A DNA stretch of 64,000 nt, taken from the IMG/VR virus record IMGVR_UViG_2756170199_000003, positions 74,881 through 138,880 of that record. The stretch is one strand, 5' to 3'. Below are positions 19,945-29,675 of this stretch, one piece after another. Each line of letters starts with the position of its first letter. Position 1 is the stretch's first letter. The notes beneath the pieces are model-generated. The model worked only from the letters and a program-made list of their open reading frames with translations. It ran no database searches and was not told where the DNA came from. A program made the position numbers and the translations under genes. Source of the DNA: a virus. Taxonomy: Duplodnaviria; Caudoviricetes.

Positions 19945-20431
19945 CTACCCGCGCAAGATCATCGTGCTGCGGCACGCCGAACCTACCATCGAGCCATGGA
20001 GCCAGCGTCTGTCATCGATCGGCCGCGAGCGTGCCGCATCGCTCGCCACGTATATTCCCCGAAATTTTGGCAAGCCAGACGTTATCTTCGCACTCGCCCC
20101 TACAACCGGCCTGCACCCGCTGCTCACGGTCCTACCATTGTGGCAGGACCTTGATGACGTTCCGCTGGACGTCTCCTGCGACAGCGACGAGATCCGTGTG
20201 CTGGCGCGCTATATCGTCAGGCAGGGCGAGCCGATTCCCGGCAGCCGCTTCGCCGGTCGCAATGTACTGATCTGCTGGGATCCGAAGGGGCTGCCGGCGC
20301 TCATGATGGCGCTCGGTGCATCGACACAAACTTTCCGCGATCCGTGGCCTGAGAGCGATTTCAACAGCATTTACGTCCTCACTCGCGACAACGAGCGCGT
20401 GATCAACACGCGTTACGAAATGATATTCTGA
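19937..20431 (+). CDS. Histidine phosphatase superfamily protein (SixA/PGM-like)
   Basis: N-terminal IIVLRHAE, LS..GRERA and VLICW motifs. The second catalytic His appears replaced (WD instead of WH). Confidence 0.7.
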   Translation: MCDYPRKIIVLRHAEPTIEPWSQRLSSIGRERAASLATYIPRNFGKPDVIFALAPTTGLHPLLTVLPLWQDLDDVPLDVSCDSDEIRVLARYIVRQGEPIPGSRFAGRNVLICWDPKGLPALMMALGASTQTFRDPWPESDFNSIYVLTRDNERVINTRYEMIF

Positions 20432-20498
20432 GAAGTCCGTTCCTGCGAGTGGTGTCAACCACGGAAACGGTATAACCCTGTTTCGGATGGAGTAAATA

Positions 20499-20798
20499 AT
20501 GACAGACAACGAAGAATTTTACGATGCGGAGATAGGGCCTGCCATTCTCGAGATCATGAACAAGTGCAAGGCGCGGGGAATGTCTTTTGTCGCTCTTGTC
20601 GAATACGCTCCCGGCAAGCGAGAACGCTCGACTTTTCTACCGTCCGATGCGGGAATCGAGATGATTATGGCTGAGCTGTGCGCGAGAAACGGGCCGTATC
20701 TCGACGCCTACGTTGCGGACGTCAATGCCTATGCGAAGAAGAACCATATTGACACGACTGACAGCTTCATTCTGCAGCGCATGCGTGGCCTCACCTAG
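20499..20798 (+). CDS. Hypothetical protein
   Basis: GGAG RBS, 99 aa. Confidence 0.55.
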   Translation: MTDNEEFYDAEIGPAILEIMNKCKARGMSFVALVEYAPGKRERSTFLPSDAGIEMIMAELCARNGPYLDAYVADVNAYAKKNHIDTTDSFILQRMRGLT

Positions 20799-20966
20799 CA
20801 GTGGGGTAGCGATGATACTCGCAGTTGCGGCGAGATAGCATGTTTTCTACGATACCGGCGTTGCCTCTCGTCGCCCGTTACCTGCTTAAGTTCCGCCTCC
20901 AGCACGTGATCGTGCCGCCGTAGGGCGGCACGCCATTCCGACCTTCTTTTGTTCGAGGACCGCTCA

Positions 20967-21425
20967 ATGTTTAGGCAGGCCACGCTCATTCAGGACGTGA
21001 CCCTCTACCGCGCGAGTCTGGCGCCCACGCTCACCGGACTCGTGATCCAGTATGCCCAGGCGGGCTGCGTCGAAGAGGAGGCTCTGGAATGGATCGTCGC
21101 CCATCAGATCGAAGAGTGCTACTGCATGGTGATCGCCAATCACCACCGCAACTATCGCACCTATTCCGAGCTGCACGACAGGCTCAGGCACGCACTGCCC
21201 TTCCCGCTCGAGCGTCTCACGCGACACCTCATCAAGGTACCCGACATCTATGGAGACCAGACGCTCACGATGCGGCTCACGCGGCGCGACCTGTTCCTTT
21301 ACTACCACCTGGAAACCCGACCGGTTCTTCCCGATCATGACCCAACGTATCGAATATCCGGTCATCAGGTCGCTGGTGATCGATCCCATCCCGACCGCCC
21401 TGATTATCGAAAGAGTCCTTGGTGA
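20967..21425 (+). CDS. Hypothetical phage protein
   Basis: GAGGA RBS. First gene of a tightly coupled operon. Confidence 0.55.
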   Translation: MFRQATLIQDVTLYRASLAPTLTGLVIQYAQAGCVEEEALEWIVAHQIEECYCMVIANHHRNYRTYSELHDRLRHALPFPLERLTRHLIKVPDIYGDQTLTMRLTRRDLFLYYHLETRPVLPDHDPTYRISGHQVAGDRSHPDRPDYRKSPW

Positions 21426-21984
21426 CTACCTGATCCCGGCGCCGGCGGGAATCTACACGCTTGGCGGCATTACGCCGGTGATGCTGCCCGAACGAACGTA
21501 TTACCAGGAAGGTCCGGGCCAGCGCCGGCAGGTTCAGTGCATCGAGGACATCGTGCCAGGCCTGCCCGTCTTCGACGACGACGGCGATATTGCGGTCGCC
21601 GTCTCGCAGATTCCCTTCCTCTCCCACGTCTCGCCATGGCCCGTGCGTGCGATCGAGGCCGTGGAGCGCACCTTGCGTAACGTGCTCAATCACTACGGCG
21701 ACCCGGATGAACGCCGTCACAACACCGATCCCTGCGCCCTTTACCTTGATCTCGTGCAACCCGAGTTCCGCAAAAACCTCGACATCGTCGACCAGATCCT
21801 GCTGCTGGTAAGCAGCTTGCGCAGTCAGGTAAAAGATTTCGCAGGCAACGACCGGTGGATTATTCATTTTCTCAGGCGCCAGCGTACTACGATGATTATT
21901 GAACAATCCATAGACTGGCGTATCGTCCAGTACTACAGGCTCTGTGATCAGCTCAGTGATCGCAGCAGGGAGCGGAAGCGATGA
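21337..21984 (+). CDS. Hypothetical phage protein
   Basis: ~215 aa, ATGA overlap with the next gene. Confidence 0.6.
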   Translation: MTQRIEYPVIRSLVIDPIPTALIIERVLGDYLIPAPAGIYTLGGITPVMLPERTYYQEGPGQRRQVQCIEDIVPGLPVFDDDGDIAVAVSQIPFLSHVSPWPVRAIEAVERTLRNVLNHYGDPDERRHNTDPCALYLDLVQPEFRKNLDIVDQILLLVSSLRSQVKDFAGNDRWIIHFLRRQRTTMIIEQSIDWRIVQYYRLCDQLSDRSRERKR

Positions 21985-22460
21985 GCGAGGCAATCGCGCG
22001 ATATCATCAAGCCCCGACCACGAGCGCGACGACACTCATCTCGCTGGCCGAAGCAGTCACTTTGCTGCGCCACCGTATCCGCGAGCTTCTTGAGCGCGAC
22101 GAATCGGGCTGGGCGTTTGAAAACCTGCGATATCTTCCCGATGGACAGATCGACGTGTCGAACTACCTGGCCGTTCTGCTTTCGGAGATTCTCACAGGTG
22201 GCCGCAGTTATATGAGGCATGCCAGTCCCGCAAGCGAGAGTCAGTCGATCCTGTGCCACATGGGGATCGATGAGGAATGCGCGCGCGAGCTCAATCAGGA
22301 AATGTTCGCCGCAGCGCTTGAGCGCATCGTCAAGCACCTGCCGCAGGCCGCGTTCAACGATCGTGGCGAGTACGACTTCCTGCTCACCCGGTTTGACCTC
22401 ATCGCAATCCGGACGCTGAACCGGCCGAAACCACCTACCCAAGCAAAGCGAGTGCCATGA
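21981..22460 (+). CDS. Hypothetical phage protein
   Basis: 159 aa, ATGA-coupled on both sides. Confidence 0.6.
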   Translation: MSEAIARYHQAPTTSATTLISLAEAVTLLRHRIRELLERDESGWAFENLRYLPDGQIDVSNYLAVLLSEILTGGRSYMRHASPASESQSILCHMGIDEECARELNQEMFAAALERIVKHLPQAAFNDRGEYDFLLTRFDLIAIRTLNRPKPPTQAKRVP

Positions 22461-22900
22461 AAGCAATCGTGCTCGGCACGCGCGCCCTTGTCGAGGAGTA
22501 CGAGCCCTACGAGCCATTCTTCGGGTTCTACGAGCACGGTATCCGTGATCTCGTGAAAGAGGCCGTGCTCATCCACTCGACGACGAGCCCGTTTGCAAGG
22601 AGCTATCACCCCAAAGGTCTGGTCGAGAAGGTCATATCGGATTTCGGCTATGCGTTTGACTGCTATCGCGACTCGTGCGATGAGGTGGACGCCGTACCGC
22701 TGTATGACGAGCAGTTCCTGACACGCAATCTCGATGTTATCCGCTATGCCGCGCACTGCGTGGAGGATGCGGTCGCGAGTCTCTTCCGGCCCCACCTGCC
22801 GACACGCTATTTCGAGGTGGTGGACGACCATCAGGGCGAGGCGCTACGCCCGCGCTGGATCGGCTCCGATCTGCTCGTGCATGTGCGTCTGCTCAGTTAG
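22457..22900 (+). CDS. Hypothetical phage protein
   Basis: 147 aa, coupled to the previous gene. Confidence 0.6.
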   Translation: MKAIVLGTRALVEEYEPYEPFFGFYEHGIRDLVKEAVLIHSTTSPFARSYHPKGLVEKVISDFGYAFDCYRDSCDEVDAVPLYDEQFLTRNLDVIRYAAHCVEDAVASLFRPHLPTRYFEVVDDHQGEALRPRWIGSDLLVHVRLLS

Positions 22901-22914
22901 CCGGGGAGGACCGC

Positions 22915-23322
22915 ATGGATTACGCAACGAGTCCGTCTGGCAATGTGTTGCCATGCATGGTGATGGACGCACCGTCCGAATTGCGCAGGCTCAGGGCGTG
23001 GATCGAGGACGTTTCGAGACCCACAGTCGATATTGATGCGTTCTACAGCCAGATTTTCCACTGCCTCACGCTTGCCGGCCAGGATGCGCTCTCCGATCTC
23101 CATCAGTTCGCCAATGACGTTGGCTACGGCGATGCGCTCTACGGCCAGCATGCACTGCTGCGTCACGAACAGCACGCGGTCGCGATGCTCGTGGTCGCAG
23201 CGGGCGAAGCGCTCTACGCCGAACTGAACGCCCGGTGCCTCTATCAGGACGATGGCGTCTTTCCCTACTACTTCATAACCTGTCACGGCAATGGGCTACT
23301 CATTTTCGAAAACTTCGACTGA
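22915..23322 (+). CDS. Hypothetical phage protein (paralog family)
   Basis: GGAGG RBS. C-terminal LY.EL...CLY..DG.FPYYF...GN.LLI pattern shared with the next two genes. Confidence 0.6.
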   Translation: MDYATSPSGNVLPCMVMDAPSELRRLRAWIEDVSRPTVDIDAFYSQIFHCLTLAGQDALSDLHQFANDVGYGDALYGQHALLRHEQHAVAMLVVAAGEALYAELNARCLYQDDGVFPYYFITCHGNGLLIFENFD

Positions 23323-23815
23323 TCCGGACAGCGTGATTCTCGAGACGCGTCCGCTTCTTCACGATCTCTTTACCCGCTACCCCGATCTTGAAGAAAGCTA
23401 TGAGGACTTCATTGGCCGCATTATCGATTGTCTGGCCTACGAGAAGCGCGCACCCGATCGCCTTGCAGATATGTGCACGCAGATGGTGCAGGACGCGTTG
23501 CGCTTTGTCCCCCAGCAGGACGACGCGGCAGGCCTCTCCAGAGCCGATGAGGACCGTGAGGGCAGGCGTCGCATTGACGCGGTCATCCGCATGTCCAACG
23601 AGATGTACCGCGTTGGCATGCAGTTCTACGAACTCATCGTGCATCTCGGACTCTACCGGGACGGTTACCTTCACTATGAGTTCAGTGACCTCGTGGGCCA
23701 CGCCGTTATCCTGCAACGCCTGATGGTGCCACTGCTCGTGCTGCGCGGGCCGGTCGACTATCTGACCGACGAGGAACTCTGGGCCTGGAGCGACACCATC
23801 CGGCGCCACCACTGA
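23291..23815 (+). CDS. Hypothetical phage protein (paralog family)
   Basis: FYELIVHLGLYRDGYLHYEFSDLVGHAVIL. Confidence 0.6.
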   Translation: MGYSFSKTSTDPDSVILETRPLLHDLFTRYPDLEESYEDFIGRIIDCLAYEKRAPDRLADMCTQMVQDALRFVPQQDDAAGLSRADEDREGRRRIDAVIRMSNEMYRVGMQFYELIVHLGLYRDGYLHYEFSDLVGHAVILQRLMVPLLVLRGPVDYLTDEELWAWSDTIRRHH

Positions 23816-23825
23816 AGGTGTTGCC

Positions 23826-24251
23826 ATGTCCGGCCGTGAATCCGACGCGCACTATCCTGCACACGTGGTGTTGCCCACCGCGGATCTCGTCAAGACATTT
23901 CGCCGGCAGTTGCAGGGAGTAAAGCTCTCGCGGGAGGGCTTCGAGGAAATCGTCAGGCAGGTGCTGGATGTGTTCATGCAGTGGGAGGCAGAGCACGACC
24001 TGCATAACTTCGAGCACCGTCTGGCCGCCCTGCCCGACATTCATCGTCTGACACTACCCGAGCTTGAAGAGGATCCGACCCACACGATCCACATCCGGCT
24101 CATCAACGCCACGCAGTCTTTCGCGCACCAATTCTTTGAGCGCCTGAAGACGCGTGGCCTCTTCCCTGCTAACGCCCCCATGGCGGACCTGGATTACGCC
24201 TTCGACTGTTTTCTTGGCGACGACATCGTGCTGTTTCATTGCCCGTTCTGA
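23826..24251 (+). CDS. Hypothetical phage protein (paralog family)
   Basis: FFERLKTRGLF...DYAFDCFLGDDIVL. Confidence 0.6.
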   Translation: MSGRESDAHYPAHVVLPTADLVKTFRRQLQGVKLSREGFEEIVRQVLDVFMQWEAEHDLHNFEHRLAALPDIHRLTLPELEEDPTHTIHIRLINATQSFAHQFFERLKTRGLFPANAPMADLDYAFDCFLGDDIVLFHCPF

Positions 24252-24265
24252 AAACGCGAGGCGTC

Positions 24266-24673
24266 ATGTCGTATGACTACCAGATTGGACAGGTCCTCAC
24301 CTTCGACGTATATCCAGCTCCGGTACTCGGCAACAACTTCCAGAATGTCACTGTGCAGGGCATTCTCGATCAGGAAAGCGCCAACCAGGTCATCGACACG
24401 GTCGGCCTGCACATCAAGGTCTGGCCGTGGCTCGAACCGCAGGGCACGCCCAACGATCCGTCCCAGTACAACTACATCAAGGTCAAGACACAATCCGGAT
24501 CCGTGACGGCACTTGGCATGCCATGGATCAACGAAAGCACCATTCAGGCCACCACGAGCCAAACGATAACGGCGCTGATCAGCAACGTGACGGCGAACGA
24601 CATTCAGGGCGTGCAGAACGCACTGATCAGTAACGGCTACACGGCCATTCACGTTTCCATTTCCGTTACCTGA
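24266..24673 (+). CDS. Conserved phiKZ-like small beta-rich protein
   Basis: GAGG RBS. F.VYP..VLGNNFQNVTV.GILD and LG.PWI motifs recalled from phiKZ-related phages just upstream of the DNA polymerase. Confidence 0.6.
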   Translation: MSYDYQIGQVLTFDVYPAPVLGNNFQNVTVQGILDQESANQVIDTVGLHIKVWPWLEPQGTPNDPSQYNYIKVKTQSGSVTALGMPWINESTIQATTSQTITALISNVTANDIQGVQNALISNGYTAIHVSISVT

Positions 24674-24994
24674 TGCGGCGGACGACAAGCCGCCACATCA
24701 CGCTCTGGACATTTTTTACGCGCAACCTGCATGATCTGCAGGGCGCGTCACTTCGTGCGCAACGTCAGGATGCTGGTGATTTTGGGTGGAAGAAGGGCAT
24801 GGGCAATGTCCGGGTTGCCTGCTGGTCGACGCGATGTCACCGCGGGAACTTCAATGGGGATTGGAGAGATGCCACTGGAGACGGCGCGCTCTCGCGCCGG
24901 CTTCATTCGAGCGCGATCTTATCCTTGGGGTCGCCAGATGGAACCGGGCGTGATGGTGCCCGGCCGGCGGATGATCCGTCGTCTCCTGTCGCTC

Positions 24995-25026
24995 GAGGTG
25001 GGCCTCGCGGCCCACCTCTTTTTTTT
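24995..25026 (+). terminator. Rho-independent terminator
   Basis: GAGGTGGGCC-tcgc-GGCCCACCTC followed by T8. Confidence 0.8.
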
Positions 25027-25027
25027 G

Positions 25028-25543
25028 CTACCTGCGCGCACCTTGGGATGGACTGGTTTCTTTACGTGAGGGACGCGACGCTTCGCCTGAAGCCAGCATC
25101 GTGCCGCGGCAGCCTAGCGCACCGCACCGGCAGGCATACTGCGCGCGCGTGGCACGGGACGTCCGTACCGGCAGCTCCAGCGCGTAGTCGATAAAGAGCT
25201 CTTCGCCTGCGGCAATGCTGCGCGTCGCCTCGATATAGACGCGCCCGTTGTCCTCTACCGCCTCGCAGTTCGCGCTGCAGGCGTGATTGAGCCATCGCAC
25301 CGTGTTACCACCGCGGCCGCCATCGATCACCCGCCCGTCGGCAAGTCCAAAGAGAAACGTGTGGGCTTCGTGCTCGCGTTTCGAGTGAAAGCGCATCGCC
25401 TCGGTCCAGCTTGTCACAAACCCCTTGTATTGCGCGATGCGGTCACCTGCGGCCAGTGCCCGCTGTGCAAACACCCCCCTGCCGTGAACTGGCGAGTGTC
25501 GCACCACGAACCGCCTTACGTTGGACGTCAGTTCCCGTTTCAT
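25028..25543 (-). CDS. SET-domain protein lysine methyltransferase with post-SET cysteines
   Basis: SPVHGRGVFA, RWLNHACSANC, GEELFIDY and CRCGALGCRG motifs. Confidence 0.92.
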   Translation of the reverse strand: MKRELTSNVRRFVVRHSPVHGRGVFAQRALAAGDRIAQYKGFVTSWTEAMRFHSKREHEAHTFLFGLADGRVIDGGRGGNTVRWLNHACSANCEAVEDNGRVYIEATRSIAAGEELFIDYALELPVRTSRATRAQYACRCGALGCRGTMLASGEASRPSRKETSPSQGARR

Positions 25544-25590
25544 TTTTACCTGCCGTGCTCATGCTGTGTCAGCCTGGATGGAGAGCAGAC

Positions 25591-27789
25591 ATGGGTCGCG
25601 CAACCGATAACCCCTTTGTCCTGCCAGCGCGCCAGTATAAGAGAGATATCGACGTCCTGGAGCACTACGTTCGACAGAGTGTTCACTATCTCGCGACGAT
25701 GACCGGCGCGCCACTTGCCGAGTGTCTGAGGTTCGTCCAGTCGGGACTCTCTCCCGGTGGCAGGTTCGCTTTTCAGGATCCCGGTGTCACGTATCTTCAG
25801 CGCCTTGAGAACGGCGATCGTGAGCTCAGGAACAGTACGCTTCAGGCCTTTCTGTCCTCATCCATCGGACAGCACGAACTCATCGCGCCGACGTTCACGA
25901 CGTACGTGCATCCGCAGGTCAGGGAGTCCCTGCTTACCGGCTTTATCGGCGCCAACAAGGTGCAACGCGGAATTGCCAAGCGCGCGATGTTCCAGGCCCG
26001 CAGCGACGGCAATACGCTGCTCGAGATCCTGAAGGACAACGAGCAGACGAACATGAAGCTCGCGAGCAACGCCTGCTCCGGGGCACATGTTTCGGCCTCG
26101 ACGCCGCTCTTCAATCTCTCCGCTCACTCTACCCTCACCTCGAACTGCCGCGTGACGGCGTGCTACGGCTCCGCGAACAACGAGAAGCTCCTTGCAGGCA
26201 ACCGGCACTACTGGTCGCCCGACGTGGTGAAGAACAACATCACATCGATCCGTCTCGCCACCGACTACGAAGCACTCGAGGCCGCCATGCAGCGTTACGG
26301 GATCCGTCATCCGGAAGTCGGCGAGACGATGGACTGCATCCTGCGCTCGACCCGCTTCTATTTCCGCGATCCGGCTCATCACCAGCTGATCGGGGAGTAC
26401 GTCAGCAAACTCACGCCCATCGAACGCAGCGCGTTTGTCTATACAGGCGATCTCTATCACCTGAGGCTCCATAACGACGCCGTTATCCGCACCTTTATCG
26501 GGAAGCTCGCGACGCGTGTCGGCGTCGTGCATCCCACCCCCGATGCCATTCTTGCCGCGGCATTGCCAGAGGTCACGGCACTCGCCGTTCAGCTATGCGC
26601 GCAGGAGATGCGCGGCAGGAAGCTCGATGGCGTTGCCGGTACGCCCGCTCAGGGTATCGTTGCCTCCACCGTCGTCAATATCCAGGCAACGCTTGCCGAA
26701 TACCGCGATTTCATCCGAGCGTTCTTCGTCACAAAAAGCGTGCCGGCGTCGGTCGCAGCCTTTCCCGAAAGCATCCGGCGCGTGGCGCTCATGGGTGACA
26801 CGGACTCAACACTTTTCACCGTGCAGGACTGGGTGATCTGGTACAACCACGGGCGTCTTGGCTTCGACGCGGCCTCGCAGGCCGTGGCGGCCGCACTCGT
26901 CTTTCTCGCGTCGATGAGCGTGGCTCATCTGCTCGCCAGGATGTCGGCAAACTTCGGCGTCGAGGAAAAACGCCTCTTCGACACCGTGATGAAGAACGAA
27001 TACCGGTTCGTGATGTTCACGCCTACACCGGTTGCGAAACACTACTATGCCCTGATCGACTGCCGCGAGGGCCATCTCTACGTCGAACCTGAAGCGGAGA
27101 TCAAGGGCGTGCATCTGAAGTCATCGAGCGCACCACCTGGCATTACCGCACGCGCCAAGACACTCATGATCGACATCATGAAAGCGGTTGCACGCGAGGA
27201 GAAGCTCTCGCTCACCCGTATCCTCGGCGAGATTTCGGCAATCGAACACGACATCATCGCGTCGGTCATGGAGCGCTCAAGCTGCGAGTATTTCCGCATC
27301 GGCCAGATCAAGCCCGCAGAAGCCTATACGCTGGCTCCCGAACGCTCCATCTACGCTCACTACCTGTTCTGGAACGCAACCTTCGGGCCACGTGACGGTA
27401 TCGCAGGCATACCGCCGTACACTGCCGTCAAGATTCCCGTGGACATGGGCTCGCCCACGCGCCTGCAGACGTGGCTTACCACGATGCAGGACCGGACACT
27501 TGCGGCTCGTCTCGCTGCCTGGCTTGCCGCGCACGGCCGACGCTCACTCACGACGCTTTACGTGCCACTCGAGATAATCGAGGCGCACGGCATTCCGCCC
27601 GAAATCCTTCAGCGTGTAGCAATCAGGAAGCTCGTCAAGGACACCATGAAGACCTTCTATCTTGTGCTCGAGAGTCTGGGTGTGGGAATGGAGAACCGTC
27701 AGATCACGCACCTTGTGAGCGATGACTATCCACCTGCTGCCCCGAAATCAGCGACGACATCCGAAGGGACAGCCCCAGTGACGTCATAA
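25591..27789 (+). CDS. Split family-B DNA polymerase, polymerase subunit (phiKZ gp50-like)
   Basis: Start MGRATDNPF after GGAG. Motif B K...NACSG, HSTLTS.CR, motif C GDTDS, MKNEY, KHYY, EIKGVHLKSS. Confidence 0.88.
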   Translation: MGRATDNPFVLPARQYKRDIDVLEHYVRQSVHYLATMTGAPLAECLRFVQSGLSPGGRFAFQDPGVTYLQRLENGDRELRNSTLQAFLSSSIGQHELIAPTFTTYVHPQVRESLLTGFIGANKVQRGIAKRAMFQARSDGNTLLEILKDNEQTNMKLASNACSGAHVSASTPLFNLSAHSTLTSNCRVTACYGSANNEKLLAGNRHYWSPDVVKNNITSIRLATDYEALEAAMQRYGIRHPEVGETMDCILRSTRFYFRDPAHHQLIGEYVSKLTPIERSAFVYTGDLYHLRLHNDAVIRTFIGKLATRVGVVHPTPDAILAAALPEVTALAVQLCAQEMRGRKLDGVAGTPAQGIVASTVVNIQATLAEYRDFIRAFFVTKSVPASVAAFPESIRRVALMGDTDSTLFTVQDWVIWYNHGRLGFDAASQAVAAALVFLASMSVAHLLARMSANFGVEEKRLFDTVMKNEYRFVMFTPTPVAKHYYALIDCREGHLYVEPEAEIKGVHLKSSSAPPGITARAKTLMIDIMKAVAREEKLSLTRILGEISAIEHDIIASVMERSSCEYFRIGQIKPAEAYTLAPERSIYAHYLFWNATFGPRDGIAGIPPYTAVKIPVDMGSPTRLQTWLTTMQDRTLAARLAAWLAAHGRRSLTTLYVPLEIIEAHGIPPEILQRVAIRKLVKDTMKTFYLVLESLGVGMENRQITHLVSDDYPPAAPKSATTSEGTAPVTS

Positions 27790-27821
27790 GGGGCCGCTGT
27801 CGCGGCCCCATGGAGTAGTCA

Positions 27822-28145
27822 ATGAAAACGCCATTTGCGTTGCGCCGACGCGAGGACTGGGAGAACACGCCGATTGAAACGGAAGACCTTCCCGATGGCT
27901 GGACCGACGTGCTGATCCAGCTCATCGAAACCGGGCCCGTGGACGACGGTGACATCGTCAGCAAGAACGCCCGCGATGCGCTGATCGAGCGTGGCTTCGC
28001 CGACAAGGTCATCATCGACCAGTTCGAAGCGGGTACCTGCGCAACCTACTACGGACGCGAGCTGTACTGTCAGCTCGTCGACGAATGGGGACTGGCCGAA
28101 GCTATCGCGAAACGTCATGCCCAGTCCATTCTCAAACGTTACTGA
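27822..28145 (+). CDS. Hypothetical protein (possible winged helix)
   Basis: GGAG RBS, 107 aa. Confidence 0.55.
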   Translation: MKTPFALRRREDWENTPIETEDLPDGWTDVLIQLIETGPVDDGDIVSKNARDALIERGFADKVIIDQFEAGTCATYYGRELYCQLVDEWGLAEAIAKRHAQSILKRY

Positions 28146-28157
28146 ACGCATACGTAC

Positions 28158-29279
28158 TCATGCATTTACCGTGCGCACGGCCACGCGTGTCACGTTTGCC
28201 TTGCGCTCAATCGTGTCGAGCTCATCGAGCACGGACTGGCGCGTGAGCGCGTCCATCACACCGTCAAACAGACGCTCCTGTCTCCAGCCGAGAAATGTAC
28301 GCTCAACCAGATTGATTTCGGACTGGTTGCGTGTTCGCGGTGAACCCGCCGTCGCGCTCAATACAAAATCAAGCATCGGCAGGCGCGCGATCGCGAGTGC
28401 CCACATAACCTGTCTTGTCGGCGCCATGTCAGGAAGATGCATGGCCTCTTCAAGGTTGCGGCGCGCTGCCACCGGCACGCTTTGTAACACCCCCACGAAA
28501 TTCTTGCCTTGCCTCTCCAGGTTCACTACGATTTCCTCATAACAGCGATCGAGTCGTGTCGCTACGTCGACCAGGGCAAATGGATGCTGCCGGGTCGACC
28601 ACCCTGCAGGTACACGCGCCTGCACACAGCGAATCCGGTTGAGGAGAGTCTGATCGAGTTGACTGAACAGCATGTTGGGTAGCACGAACCCGTGAACGAA
28701 CATCGTGAGGGATTTTTCATCCACGCCACCCGTCTTTCTTTTTTCCTCTTCACGAAAGGCGCGATACTGAACCATCAACATGGGCAAATTGATAGCGATC
28801 ACCGCCATTCCTGTTTCCGACCCTGCAAACCGGCCATCCGGGAGATTCATTCCCAGATCGCTGCCCGAATGTCTCAGCACGCGTAGAGGTGTGGCATTGC
28901 GCCAGTCGCGATGGGCAAGCATGAGATCAAAATACTCTGTATGAACAACGAGAATCTCATCGTGGCCCGCGCCGTAGAACACGCCATTCCAGATTTTCCC
29001 ACGGGATATTGAGGACGTCATCTTCATTGCCGTCGACAGATTGAGCGCCATCGCGTCGACATTGGCATGGTAACGCTCGAGCGTGAGCGCGAGCGGCACA
29101 TCGACGCTCTGCACCAGCCTGACCACAGGGTGATCGCTTCTGACTGCCCCCGCAGCATGCCGGTAGTAGCGGATGACCTGCCCGAGATTGCGGCGCAGGC
29201 CCGCGCGCACGGCTTGCCACGCCCCTGGCACCTGAATGCCCTGGAGCGAGCGTGGTACCAGGTTGAATAACTTGTGCAT
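28158..29279 (-). CDS. Conserved phiKZ-like protein (gp52-like by synteny)
   Basis: 373 aa on the opposite strand between DNA polymerase and chimallin, as in phiKZ-like genomes. FVHGFVLPNML motif. Confidence 0.6.
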   Translation of the reverse strand: MHKLFNLVPRSLQGIQVPGAWQAVRAGLRRNLGQVIRYYRHAAGAVRSDHPVVRLVQSVDVPLALTLERYHANVDAMALNLSTAMKMTSSISRGKIWNGVFYGAGHDEILVVHTEYFDLMLAHRDWRNATPLRVLRHSGSDLGMNLPDGRFAGSETGMAVIAINLPMLMVQYRAFREEEKRKTGGVDEKSLTMFVHGFVLPNMLFSQLDQTLLNRIRCVQARVPAGWSTRQHPFALVDVATRLDRCYEEIVVNLERQGKNFVGVLQSVPVAARRNLEEAMHLPDMAPTRQVMWALAIARLPMLDFVLSATAGSPRTRNQSEINLVERTFLGWRQERLFDGVMDALTRQSVLDELDTIERKANVTRVAVRTVNA

Positions 29280-29600
29280 GGTTCGATATATCGAGTGAAA
29301 GAGATTCGCCCATAAAATTTGAGCGCCCCGGTGCCGCCAGGCGTGGCTGGCACGCGTGTACGGGTTGCTGCCCGCTCTACCGGAGAAGGCAAGTGCCGGA
29401 ATTCTTCATCGCGTAAGAATTTACTGCGGCCGCCCATATCCTGTGGAGAGGACGTTCGCATTCCCCTCCATCTGGCTGGCTGAATGAGCCCGGCCAGGGA
29501 ATGCCGTGCCATGTCTCTTCATGTTGACGTGATTTTTCGTTCCAGCAGTGCACCTTGTGCGCGTCGCCGGATGTGGATCTATTCAACGGAATTTCACTGA

Positions 29601-29608
29601 TATATCAC
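29601..29608 (+). promoter_or_regulatory. TATATCAC putative phage early promoter of chmA
   Basis: About 70 nt upstream of AAAGGA-ATG 29676. Confidence 0.65.
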
Positions 29609-29675
29609 CCACTTGTCATTAGCTAGGAATGCTAACGACCGTATACGTTATTCAACCTTGACGAAAGGAATTGCC

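Noticed and set aside
25411-25590. Upstream extensions in the ORF track (DNA polymerase from 25411; similarly 29613, 45092, 47314, 63092)
   Set aside because: Downstream ATGs have RBSs and match family N-termini, and several extensions overlap neighbouring genes or promoter motifs.
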